The position numbers were made by a program, and so were the translations under genes. The notes beneath the pieces were generated by a model. It had not been told where the DNA came from. It was given only the letters and a program-made list of their open reading frames with translations, and did no database searches. 64,000 nt of DNA from Lama glama (Eukaryota). Position 1 is the first letter of the stretch. Each line of letters opens with the position of its first letter. This document shows positions 26,921 through 39,047 of this stretch, in pieces. The DNA lies in the NCBI GenBank assembly GCA_028534125.1, contig CM052817.1, forward strand, positions 72,790,001 to 72,854,000, given 5' to 3'.

Positions 26921-28489
26921 ATTAAAACAAAATATAAAGAAAAAACAGGTATTGACACATCCAAATGGAACTTGTTAGCAGGTTATTAAACTGGTCCAAC
27001 AATGTTTATCCCCAGTGGCCTAAATAAGAGAACCATGGAGAGTTCTTCAGGTAAAGACTTCATAATGCATTTGTGTGTAAATAGCACTGTCTAATTTCCC
27101 ATCTCCTCCCCTTTTCTCAAGCTAAACAGGGGTTCCAGAGAAAACTACTCAGAAATACTGAAAAGATGCTCCTCAAAAGGGCAGACTCTCTGGCAGTGTT
27201 CTTACTAGGGGACAGAAGCTCATAGTCAACCCTATACTGCTCCTGGCACAGAACAAGAGCCTTAGTCCTCAGGAGTTTGGAGGCACAGACACTGATATCT
27301 AACCTCCTTTGGAGAAATGAGGACAGGCTGCTAGCCAGCAGAACCATGATAGCTGGGTGAAAGAGAGTAAATTGGTGGAATCACACCAAGTTCCCATGGG
27401 TTAAACTGATGCTAAGGAAGTTGGATAGACAAGAAGCAAGTAGAAAAACATTGCCCAAGATGGTTACTTTCCAGGGTCATGAGATACCAGCAGTAGAGGC
27501 TTGTGGACCACAGGATAGGGTAGGGAGGTGAGGGAGGCAGACACAAAAAAGAGGGTGCTGCAGTGTCAAGATCCACTGCAGAGGGAGCTCCAAAATGCCC
27601 AAAAAAGTGGCCCATAATGCAATCAAGCCTTGATTGGGCTCCTGCCATGACAAAGGGTATTTGAGAGCCAAGATAGAAGTACTACTGGTCCATGTTAAGT
27701 TAAAAGGGTTTTACCTTCATGCTTTACTTCCCTCTCCTTCTCCTTCTGCCGTGGAGAAACCTGAAGCAAGAAGAAGAAAGGTAGGAGCCAGATCACCCTA
27801 GCCCAGTGCTTGCCACCAAGCCACTGAGTGTGGAAAGGGGAGAAGCTTTGACTTGGATGAGAGATTGTGAAAGAATTTCCTTTGGCTTGTACCGGACCAT
27901 TTAATACCTAAAAGTAAGACTGAGACCAAACATCTGAAATTGATTATGCAAAAGGCTGCCGAGCTTCAAAAAGAGAGAAATTAGAGTAACCAGGTCCCTC
28001 TAAAGTGTAAGGTGAAGGCTGGGGCTGAAAACAGGCAACTGTATTGAAAGTTCCTATCCCTGTGACTACTCCTCCCTGATCTCAGAAAAAGGCTGACATA
28101 ACAGTGCTCCCTGGAGCCATAACCAAAGAGGCTTTTAACATCACACAGCTAAGAGTGGGAGTGAGGTGTCATAATGAAAAGAGGTGGTTGACCTACCTAA
28201 CACTGGAAACCCTTACCTCCTTTGCCCAGCTGGGCTCCAGAACACTGACAGGCAGGCTTACACACTTCCCAGTAGGGAACCTGAATTCTTGTAAATGTCA
28301 CTTAAAAGTCTAAAATAGAAGACCTGCGGGTTAAGAAACTGGATGGCAGGTGTCAAGAGAGGAAGGAAGGTTCACTTTTCACTGAATATCCTTATCATTT
28401 AAATGGATTACCAGGTACATGTATTGCCTATTAAAAATAATAAATACGCAAACATTTACACATGAGCATTTAAATATATGAACATTTAA

Positions 28490-29660
28490 ACTGGGATGAA
28501 TGCCTCAAAGAGACATAAAAAGAGATACTGAGTCTATGAAACAAGAAAGGGATGCTACAACAAAAGAAAGATTCTAACACCAAAAAAAGATCTGTTGGAG
28601 ATGAAAACATAATCACCAAAATAAAATGTGATAGGACAAAAGTTTCTAGAGAGAAAAAGAAGTTACTTTAAAATGCTCAAGAATCAAACTGTCATCTTCT
28701 CAGTAGCAAAACTGGGCAATGAAGAAATACCTTCTCAGTTCTAAGGGAAAACTTTTTCCTACCAAGAATTCTTAACTCAGTCAAATTAATGATCACTTTA
28801 GAGAATAAAATAAAAATACGTAAAGTAACAAAACAAATTTACTTCCCATCACCTTTTTCAGAAACCTACTGGAGGATGTGATCCAACAAAATGGAGTAAA
28901 AATCAAGAAAAAGACATGAGACCCAGAAAATAGGAGACTCAACATGGGAGAAAGACAACGGCCTCTCTTATGTTAATGAAGGAAGGTCTGAGCCTAGAAA
29001 GCAACTAGTCTAGAGTGAAGCAAGACAGAAAGCACCATAAAGGATGTGTCCAAGAAGGAAGAAAGAAAAACAGACAGATAGGAAGGAATAAAGGAGAAAA
29101 GAAAGGAAGGGGAAAGGGGGGACAAAGTAGGAAGAAAGATACACTTGATTAAATTCAAAGGACATAACTCTCAGAAAGTGGGAGAATAAATTAGTGAAAG
29201 CTTCTAAAAGTCATCAGAGAAAAAGAGGCAATTATTAACTTCAAGAAATGATGTAATTAAGCAATCTGGATAAGCTGTGAAATGTATATATTCAGTTATA
29301 ACACTGGATGTTGCTTTAATCAAAAAAGTGTGATTTAAGTATATTGGGAGACTAGGGTGAAGGCAGGGGATGGAGGGGAAGCAGATGGGCAGGGAAGAAG
29401 GGTGTGTCGCAGGTTTAAAGAGCAAAAGCCTCATCTTCCACAAAAGTTAATCTAAAATTGACAAATCAAGCAATGGAGCCTAAGAATGTTGCTTTAAAAT
29501 ATGGAGGTAAGTAGCAGAACAATTAGCTAAAAGGAGTTGAAGTGCATTCTTTAAAGAATAGGAACTGGAGAAGAGTAGGATAAGGACGGGGCAGAAATGT
29601 TTGTTATGATAAGCTTGTTAGTATTATTTCAAAACTTAAATTATGTATGTATATACAAAA
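28490..29660 (+). mobile_element. HAL1 (half-L1) element
   Basis: L1 ORF1-like AATCAAACTGTCATC-TTCTCAGTAGCAA...CCAAGAATTC, then HAL1-type CTACTGGAGGATGTGATCCAACAAAATG...AAGACATGAGACCCAG. Confidence 0.7.
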
Positions 29661-31099
29661 TATTATCTATAGTGTGTGTATGTGTGTGCATCTGTGGCAG
29701 AATTTAAAATTTAGGTTAAATATTAAAGAATCAGCCATAAAGTTCATGGTTACACTTTACAAGAGTAAAGAGACCTGTTGAACAATGCAGAGTAATTAGA
29801 ACTCCACTTGTAGCTCTAATAGGAGACCACCTAGTCCACAAAGAAAAGGAAAGCCCCAGAGGTCACTACACAGAAACAATGCGAGGCATTAAAATAATGT
29901 AACAATGAGAGAGTTTTCTTCTCTGGCTGGAATGCTTTAATTGTATCTCAAGTAAAATAAAATACACTCTAGAATATTCATGTTTTAACCAATCTAATTT
30001 TCATGTCATATGACAGACTTTGGCCCTTCCTTACATATGTAAAGAGTTAGATACCTATTGACTTGTCGTTTGTACAGCAAACTGAATGCAAACTCAATGA
30101 AGTCTCAAGAGCTCCTTTGCAAAATGTAACCTGGTGGTAAAAGCTTTTTAATGTGCTCCCAAAGGTGAAAGTCAACTAGGGAGGGCCAGTGTCTAAATAA
30201 TCAGAGGCAGCAGATCAGCTACTCACAAACAAAGGGGTGGAACATAGTCTCTCCTTCCAATGTCCAACTTGGGAGGACTAGAGAGACAACAAAAGTGTTC
30301 CTATTATTTTGCTACTAATCAGAGATGCCCAAGAATGTTTTAAAATGTGAACCTTTCTTTCCCAATTGCGAATAGGAAAACAAAATTTAACAAAGAGAAG
30401 TTGCTTAGAAGTATTCAGGACAAAACTGATCTACCTTTATTTATGCTTCATGGAGCACTGAAATTATCAGCAGACTTTCCTAGGATTTTTAAAATCCTGA
30501 CAGTTGTTTACAACTGTTTATATTCTGATAAACCTCTAAGGCACAGAGATTTACAAAAAGTAATAGGAGAAATCTCAGCTTCAAATTCTAAGACATTTTA
30601 CCTTCCATGTACTTGTCAACGTGAGCAACACAGAGAACGTAGGCTTTAGAGTCCATATTACCAAGCTTAATATTAGTCAATCTTGTCCTAACATTACCAA
30701 CATCAAAGGATTCTTGTAACAAGTAGACCTAATCTAGGGGAGCATATTATAGACACATAATTGTCTTTATTATCATTATCCTCTGAATAGCTTAGACTGC
30801 AGTCAGGTATAACCTGGTATACTCTGTGTCCATCAAGCCCGGTTTCACAGATAAGGAACACTGGTGGAGAAGAGAAAGTGCTAAATTATTTTACAACCAC
30901 ACTAGTGCCACGAGGTAACTAGACAAGGGAAGACCCTTGTCCTGAGGTGTGGTAGCACTCAGTGCTCTTCAGCAGACAGCCCCTATTTAGGCCCCTTCTG
31001 AGCGCTGGGGGAAGGAGGCCTTGTACTAGTTTGGGCTTATGTATTATAAGCAGGAAGGGTGTGCATCATCTGGGCCAAGTATTTAACTGCAAAGCAAGA

Positions 31100-31297
31100 T
31101 CATCCAAAATTCTCTTTTCCATCTGGCATAGTGACCAACGATGTTCAAAATGGTGGCCACTCTCTTAGCCCAGATCCCTGAGTGACTACAATGTACAGAG
31201 CCTCCCTGATGACCCGTAAATGACACGCAGTGTAAGCAAGAATTGAAACTTGCTTTAGATTTTCGAGCTTATTCGTTACTAGCCTAGCCTAATTGAT
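31100..31297 (+). mobile_element. MaLR LTR fragment (MLT1H/I-like)
   Basis: TCCCTGAGTGACTACAATGTACAGAGCC...GTGTAAGCAAGAATTGAAAC...GTTACTAGCCTAGCCTA. Confidence 0.6.
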
Positions 31298-32016
31298 AAG
31301 TAAGGGAAGATGATTCATTGTGTGGATATCAGTCTCTCTCTGTCTCTCTCTTATTATACTCCTACTACTGCTAGCTGCTGCTGTTGTTGTTGTCATTATT
31401 ATTATTATTACTATTATTTGGCACTAGGCACTTAACTAAAAGATAACACGGCATACAGGATGGTCATGTGCATGCTAAGTATACACAGAAAGACCATCTA
31501 CCGAGAAAGCAGAACTACATGCTTATTCACATAGATATGACATTCTCATGGGGATGAGAAGCCAGAGTAACTAAATGACCATTTTCTGGTTCCTTTCAGC
31601 TGAGTTGTACTTCCTATATCTTATTTCCAGGAGAAGTAATTGTATTCTCTCAGCAAGCCTTTTTATTACTTGAGCTAGTGTGAGTAGGTTTCCAGCCTTT
31701 GCAACAAAAAGGATGCTAATTAACACTGGGTCTTGGATCAGAGCAAGGTACATGGCGTCCAGTAACATTACAGGTAGCGTGCTGCTAAGAAGGAGAACAG
31801 GGGAAGGATTAAAGGGATAATTCCTTGCCCCACAGCCCGACAGTTCAGCCAAACAGTGCAGCTACCAATGGCAAACCTAGCAAGCCCCCAAATAAACCTC
31901 AAAGAGGATAGTTTGTCGTAAGGAATGTTTATAGCCTGTTTGATGAAACGGGAAACTGCTTGTCCTCCGAATTAAACAAGTGCTTATGTTCTATGGAGTA
32001 AATAGCTACATAAAAA

Positions 32017-32170
32017 TACGTCATCGATGAAAAATGTTCACGTGCAGAGGTCTTACTCCAAGGAGAATGCACGTCAGGCTCAAGCCTAGCTCCTGCGGTA
32101 TGTACCAGCGCTGCTGGGGAAACCAGAGCACCTGCCGGAACATCTGATTATTTAACCAGGCCTTCGTCTA
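32017..32170. promoter_or_regulatory. Candidate enhancer (CpG-retaining, ACGT-core cluster)
   Basis: TACGTCA 32017-32023, CACGTG 32039-32044, GCACGTCA 32069-32076; 8 CpGs in about 150 bp of non-repeat DNA. Confidence 0.45.
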
Positions 32171-35169
32171 GTCTGTCAGGTCCCTCTGTTAGAAATCTAT
32201 TTTTCTGACATAATAAAAAGAAAACCAGTTTTTCAAATGAATGTTCTTTTACTCCAAAGAGCAAGCCAGGACTCATACTCGCTGTGTGTGTCACCATCTC
32301 CTTTCAGGAGATGTTAAATGACTGCAGGACTTCACTCCAGGGAGGGGCTGTCCCTGCAACTTTCGCTGATTTGTTTAACTAGCAGTGAAATGTGATTTAC
32401 ATGCCTTTCTCCCAAGGTGGTCTTCTCTAAAAACCACAGCAAAATGATCATCTGCAAGCTGAGTTTATGGTAAATAAAACCGGTCCTTTCTTTTCTAAAG
32501 TGGAAGGTCTAATCCTGTAGTCTTGATTGCTTCCCTAATTACAGGCTCCACTCACTGCCACAGTATCCAGAGGCGGCAAGAACTCTGTAACTGGTTATAC
32601 ATGCCATCCTCATTGGGAACCTCCTCACTTAAAACCAGTACAGAACCAACTCATCTCCACACTGTTGCAGGTATTGAAAACTTCATTAAAATGAGGGTTT
32701 CATTCCCCTTTTCGTTTGGTCTTCTTTCTCTTTCCTATATTTTTCTCTTTCTCACTGTTAACATCACCAGAATAATATGTTCTTTTCTTCCAATAAAAAA
32801 AATAGTCCAAAAGATTAGTATCATCTCCTAGGACTAGAATACTGAGGAATAACAAAGCAAACCAGATCCCAAAATCACAAGGGATTTTTTTTTCTCAGCT
32901 CATTTCTCAAATATAGGATGAGTGGAGACAAGGAAGGTATGTATCACAGGCAGATCCCCCCACTCCAAGAATATGAAAGTCATATAATAAAATGAGAGAT
33001 GCAGGCAACTCTGGGGAAAACATCACAGGAAAACATAAGTACATCCCAGAAGACCTCATCTTAAGGAAACACTGGCCTCCATCTGCCCACATTCTTCCAC
33101 TTGACCATATGAAACACCCAGATTCCCCTGAATATGTGCCTTTGTCCCAGGTGTTACACCAACTCAGATCTGGGAGGAAGAACAGGGGAAAGTTTTTAAC
33201 TGAAACCTAGATACAGAATTTAGTGCTTTGTAATTCAGTAGCACCTCCTACTCAATGTCTAAAGCGTTTTTCAAGTATGAGGTTTTATTACGCTTCTTTT
33301 CAGAAAACAGGAAAACAAATTGAAGTAGAATAGACTTAAGCCTTCAGTCAGCCAACAAGGGGGTAAGAAATAGAGGGAGAAGCCCAGAAACCCTTACCGT
33401 AAACTGGGCCTCTGATGTCTTTAAGATGCGGTCAAGTCACCCAGTTCTGAACCCAACCCAATCTCAAGAAAAAAAGGTGATATAGCTACTCCTGAAGAGG
33501 ATTAAAAAGGTGACAAGAAGATTCTCATTGAGTGAAGAGGTCACTCTGAGATCACTATTTACCATCCAACCTTGAAGATTAAGGAAGCAGGGAAGGAGAA
33601 ACCACATCAGCTCTTCACGACCCAGCTAAAGGTCTATTGCTTCATACAAAAGCCATATTATGATGCTAACTCACCTGGTCTGGACACAAAAGTCAGCTTG
33701 TGGGGCTGACTAGTGAGGTTTAATTTCTATAATTATTAACTCACACAAGAAACTATCGACCTACCTATTTTCTTCTCATAAAGAGTAAAGGCAAATAAGA
33801 TAAACAGTCACATCTTAATTTTTATTCTTTCTAACTATCTCTGCAGTCAGTTTTATGAATTCAAGTTGTTTTCTGACCATAAAAGCAAAAATATTGTAAA
33901 CAAAGAACACTTTGTATTTTAAGGTAGAAAAGTTGTAAAATTGCTACCATTAATAAATAATGTATTTCTCTCTTCATTCAGGCGGCTTCTCAGCCTCCTC
34001 CTAGACAAAGTGCACTGAACTGTGCAGAACATGATGTCCTAACGAAGGCTACCCAGAAACAGGAGCTCAGTAGCACCTGCTTTCAGAGACTATATTTACT
34101 TATGTTATATCCTTGCCTTGTAGACAGTAATTCACTTTCTGACCAATTTCCTAAGAGAAACTTTTCTTCTTGAGAGCCAATAATTGGCAAACCTGCCGAA
34201 TATAGATCAAGATCAAATATTTGATGAGACCTATCAGAAAGATTGGATCTACTTGACTGGTTTATATTCAAGGTCTTTGTTGTCCAAATCACTGCCCACT
34301 TTTTTACATAAATATATGCAGCTTGAACAAGAGACTATGCAGGAGGGTATAATTTAACCTGATATATCTAGAAATTCTAAAACATTTATATATTACCATT
34401 TTTTAATCTTAACCACTTCATATTTCTGGGAGTCACACACATTCTTTTGAGTTGAGCTACTACTATGATTTCCAGGTTACAGATAAGGAAACTGAGGCAC
34501 CAAAACAGTAGTTAGAGCCATCATTGTCCTTCACAGTTAGAAGACTACTGTTGACAGTATTGAGAGACAACAAGGCAAGTCAATTACCAAGCTGGATTAA
34601 ACCTTCAAATTCTCCTAGGTTTATGCTTGATCAGGGAACCACCTTGTCATTCCCACATGGTCACGGAAGTGGGTAAACTTTTTATAATGTCCATGACTTT
34701 AAAGGAGTCCTATCTTTACTTAGTTTACTCTTTATCTTGCTCATTCCTATTTCAGATCAGCTGTCTGCATATTTCCATGTTTTGAGTATACTCAAGAGCA
34801 AGACTGTAAAGAATACAAAAATAAATCAGTCCACAAAGATTATCAGCCTGAATGCCACTGGGAGACAAAAGGAACTGCCACAAGGAACAAGGGAAATTAA
34901 CATTCTTTCCTATCCACCTGGCTAGAACTAAGATCAAAATGAACTTGTTGGCAAGCTCTGTTAATATTGAAGAATTCAGAGAGTAGAGTCTCTATTTAGT
35001 AGAGACTCTTCTAAAATATTCTGAAGCTAAAATATTCACAGGACCCTTTTATCAGTTATCATTCTTCCTCACTAATACCATGTTTTGTGGGATTCTCCTT
35101 ATCAAAATGCCTTGAATTCTTTCTGGAAAAAAAATAAGGAATGAATGAATAGTAGAGCATGTACAAGCT

Positions 35170-35405
35170 TTATAATTAGACAGATCTGGGTATTGAATAC
35201 CACCTTTGACATTCATTCGGTCATATTTATTTGACACTGAGCAAGTTACTTAGCCTCTCTAAGCTACTTAACCTCTCTGAGCCACAATGTCCTCATCTGT
35301 TTAAAAAATGAATAATAATGCCTCCTTTTGTGGTGATTAAAAGAGAATGTACATAAAGCACTTGGCACATAGCACCACACATTACATTCAGTAATTGGTA
35401 GCTAT
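35170..35405 (+). mobile_element. MIR SINE with a small internal tandem duplication
   Basis: GAGCAAGTTACTTAGCCTCTCTAAGCTACTTAACCTCTCTGAGCC...CCTCATCTGT...AAAGCACTTGGCACATAG. Confidence 0.85.
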
Positions 35406-35858
35406 TAATTAAAGTTTCTAACAGCCTGGATTACCAGTAAAACCATTCTGTATCAATGGGGGGGAGGGGGAATATTTAAATTAGCCTGACTACCTTTATC
35501 ATATGGAAATAAAGCATTCTATTTAGGCATTTTGGAAATAGTTTGCTGGTGCCCATTTATTACTTCCGAGATTAAACGGATATGAAGGGATCATCAATAA
35601 TCAAATACAATATTAATAAACTTTACCTCTCTGTTCAAAGAACAATAATGCATTTCACCAATGCCTTTGGAAAGAAATAATAATGTTCAAAATTTCCTAA
35701 TCTAATTCTCAGACCCTCCTAAGTGTTTTAATGCAATACTCAATCTTAAATTCTAATTTTTTAAGAAGTAAGAAATTTCTCTATTAGAATGTAGATTCAA
35801 ATCTAATTGAGCCACTTGAAGTCATGTGATACTAAGCATGCCATTTAAAACCTTTGAG

Positions 35859-36079
35859 TTCAAAATCTGTAGATACTGACAGGCATATGTAGAATAGATA
35901 AACAAGATTATACTGTATAGCACAGGGAAATATACACAAGATCTTGTAGCTCACAGCAAAAAAAACATGACAATGAATATGTGTATGTTCATGTATAACT
36001 GAAAAATTGTGTTCTACCCTGGAATTTGACACAACATTGTAAAACGACTATAACTCAGTAAAAAAAAAAATGTTTAAAA
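35859..36079 (+). mobile_element. Young 5'-truncated L1 (camelid-type 3' UTR) with TSD
   Basis: CTGTATAGCACAGGGAAATATAC...GACACAACATTGTAAAACGACTATAACTCA plus polyA; TSD AAAACCTTTGAG (35847-35858) / AAAACCTTTAAG (36080-36091); TT/AAAA endonuclease site. Confidence 0.92.
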
Positions 36080-36145
36080 AAAACCTTTAAGCTATGATTT
36101 CTTACATGTCTAAAGAAAAGGCTGAAGTAGATTTCTAGTTAAAAA

Positions 36146-37048
36146 CTGTTTCCTTCTATGGTATCACACATTTTGTGTGTTAAATATGGGCAGTCGTGGG
36201 TAGGGAAAACTATTGAAGTAGGAGAGGGGAAGAGAAAAAAAAATAAGTTATTGTCCTTCAAAATTGAAATATGTTAGCCAGCTCCTACACTCAAGCTCTA
36301 AAATTCTATGGCTCTCAGAGGACAAGGATAGTATCATACATGCATTTAATCTCTTCCTCACCCCATATCAACATAATACTTTCCTTACAGTAAACATTTA
36401 ATAATATTTGTCAGTGAGGAAACAAACAAATGAACACATGAACTTTGTTTTACATAGTCTAACAGTCAAAGAATTGTCTAAGATTGTTCTTTTTTTAATA
36501 CGTTGATTCCAACACACGAATATACAACGATCATAATTTGAGCCTGGAAGCATCTCCAAGGTAATCTCATGAGAATAGAGGACCTATGGAAAATAGCAGT
36601 GATGCTGATTGATCACAGAATGGAAGAAACACTAAAATTTATCCTAAAAAGGGAAGTAAATAACATTTTCTGAGTTTCTATTTCAAATGAAAAGGCAGTG
36701 GAACAATCAGAAAAATGCCAAGAAAATTAATTCAATATGCATGGGAGATAGAACACCAAACAGTCAGCTTCAGAAATCTGTGTAAGTCATGTGGTAGAGA
36801 CTCGACAGTAAAAGACCAAGAACTTCTGTTTTAGTTTTATACTTGCTTAAAAAAAAAGCCACAGACTTTGCAAAGTATGCAATGGATACTTTCTGCTGGA
36901 TATTTTTAATCTGATCGAATTGTTCTCGACAGTTTCTTTTACCGCATCATGCATTATGTACATTAAAGATGGGCAGTGGTTAGGGAAAACTATTCAAGAG
37001 GGAAAGGAAAAAGAGGTGATTTTCCTTTAAAATTGAAATAAGCTATCC
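36146..37048 (+). repeat. Diverged ~130-bp direct duplication (copies ~36146-36280 and ~36930-37048)
   Basis: Collinear exact blocks ATGGGCAGT, TAGGGAAAACTATT (36201/36981), AAAATTGAAATA (36260/37029). Confidence 0.85.
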
Positions 37049-37777
37049 ATATCATGCTAAACTGTATAATTTTACATATGAAAAAAAGGAAATGAAGATG
37101 GCAAAAATCATACTACATTTAGTGCTGAGAGTGTAAGCTTAATTGTCTTTTGAATAATTGAATAGATTATCATACCTACAGTGCACTTTATCTTTTATTA
37201 TGTTAAATCAATAGTCAAATTTTACTTAAAAATTAAGGTAGCGCTTTACTGAAGCCTTCATTTAAGTAAGCTGCATTTCACTGGGGGACTGAAATGAAAT
37301 TTTTTAACATGTTTATACTCCTAGGCTTTGCCACCTCCTCATTCTATCTCTAAAGAGAGTGGTAGCTTGGCCTACAGAGCTTTATCTTCTTTCCCACTCT
37401 CTGAAGGGAGTTCCATCTTACCAGTCCAATGCCCCCACTTAAATTTTCTGGAAATCTTCAAGGATTCTCTCAGAGTAACCTGAATACCTCTTGGGCCCCA
37501 ATCAGTTATGGGTCCCAGGTAATATCGATTTCTTACTAGTTCACATTTGGAGAATAGAGACCAGTAGCTCACATAATAATCAGATCAGCTGCTGCAGTTC
37601 TGAATACATCTGTTAACTTACCTAACACTTCCTTTTGGATAGAACAGCATGTGCTATTAAGTCTCTAAGTCTAACCAAGTCTCAACTCTGATCCTAATAA
37701 TATTCCTTTTTGAAACAGATAGGATATCAAGGCAAACTAGGATTCCAAACCCAAGAGGTTACTGGATTTGACCAGTA

Positions 37778-37828
<51 letters not shown>
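37778..37828. repeat. (AAT)17 microsatellite
   Basis: Perfect trinucleotide run. Confidence 0.98.
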
Positions 37829-38001
37829 TAATAATATCATTAAGAAAAGTTTCTATGGTGAGAGGTTAGGAATCAAAAGTTTAAAAATAAATAAGACAGC
37901 AGACAGTGAATAACTAAAGGATGTGGGTATACCATTCAAACAGATTTGCAAAAAGATATGAGATAGAAGTTGGTAGATGCTAAGTAAGCATAAGCTTAGG
38001 G

Positions 38002-39047
38002 CAAGGGTCAGCAAACTAAAGCCCAATGCCTGCTTTTGCAGTGCACAAAAGGACAATGACTTGCAGAAAAGCACTTATGTGGTCATTTGAGTTATGAGCT
38101 GAGCTAACCCTATTTTTCATGGAACACTATTTTTTACTTTTTAAAAAATGACTGACAAACTATGGCTATTGAGATTGAGATTTGGAAAATGTTTTCTTGA
38201 AAATGAACAAAGTGAGCTTGTTACCTCAAGAAAAACAAACAGTGGCCAATGATAAGATTCTAGCTTTCAGGAGAAATTCAAATTTTTTAAAATTTGTGTC
38301 TACCACTATGAGCTTGACAGTTTTCTAAACTTAAAGACTTTCTGATGAGATCAGTGGTAGGGTAGTATTAACAAGTGTGAATTTTTGATATTGTGTAATG
38401 AAATAGATCAACCTTGAGAAGATCTAAATAACTCAGAAAACAAATATTTTCCAAGTGACCAATGCATAGTGTTACAAAATTATAAAATATCCACTAAAAA
38501 TGCAAGACAGACCCATGGATTTCAGTGTAAGAGGGTACTAAAAGTTTACTGGTGTGGTATCAGATTCCACATTGCAACTAACCTGCAAAAACCTACTGCT
38601 AGTCAAATTTTAGTAGGTATCAAACAGGATGTCCACAGTTAGATGAAAAGACTATTAAAATACTCCATTTTCCCCAACTACATATCTGTGTGAGGCTGGG
38701 CTTTCTGCATACACTTCACCTGAAACAACACATCGTAATACTGACTATAGAAATCCAGCTGTTTTCTATTAAGCCAGACATTAGAGACTTGCAAAAATGT
38801 AAAACAATAGCACTTTTCTCCTCTATAGTTATTTTTCCCTAAAAATATGTTCTGTATGTTAACATGTTATGAGCTTATGATTATTTTTAATGAAGCAATA
38901 AATAAATATATCAAAATTATCTTCAATTTAACTTCTTATATGGTAAATATCCATCACTAAAACCCATGTAAACAAATGCTCCTTGGAAAGCTCAATACTT
39001 TTTTAAAAGTATAAAGCAGTCCTGAGACTAAAGTTTGAGAGCTGCAG
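38002..39047 (+). mobile_element. Charlie1-family hAT DNA transposon (3' ~1 kb, decayed transposase), with a short MER58-like stub at the left
   Basis: TTTTCATGGAACAC...GACTGACAAACTATGG...AAAATGAACAAAGTGAGC...CAGATTCCACATTGCAACTAACC...CCTGAGACTAAAGTTTGAGA. Confidence 0.85.

Noticed and set aside
27100..28300. GC-richer block with several overlapping short ORFs
   Set aside because: Peptides look random; probably decayed LTR or L1-related sequence next to HAL1, family not assignable by eye.
29347..29402. G-run cluster (G-quadruplex candidate)
   Set aside because: Lies in the purine-rich 3' part of HAL1; a common repeat-derived feature.
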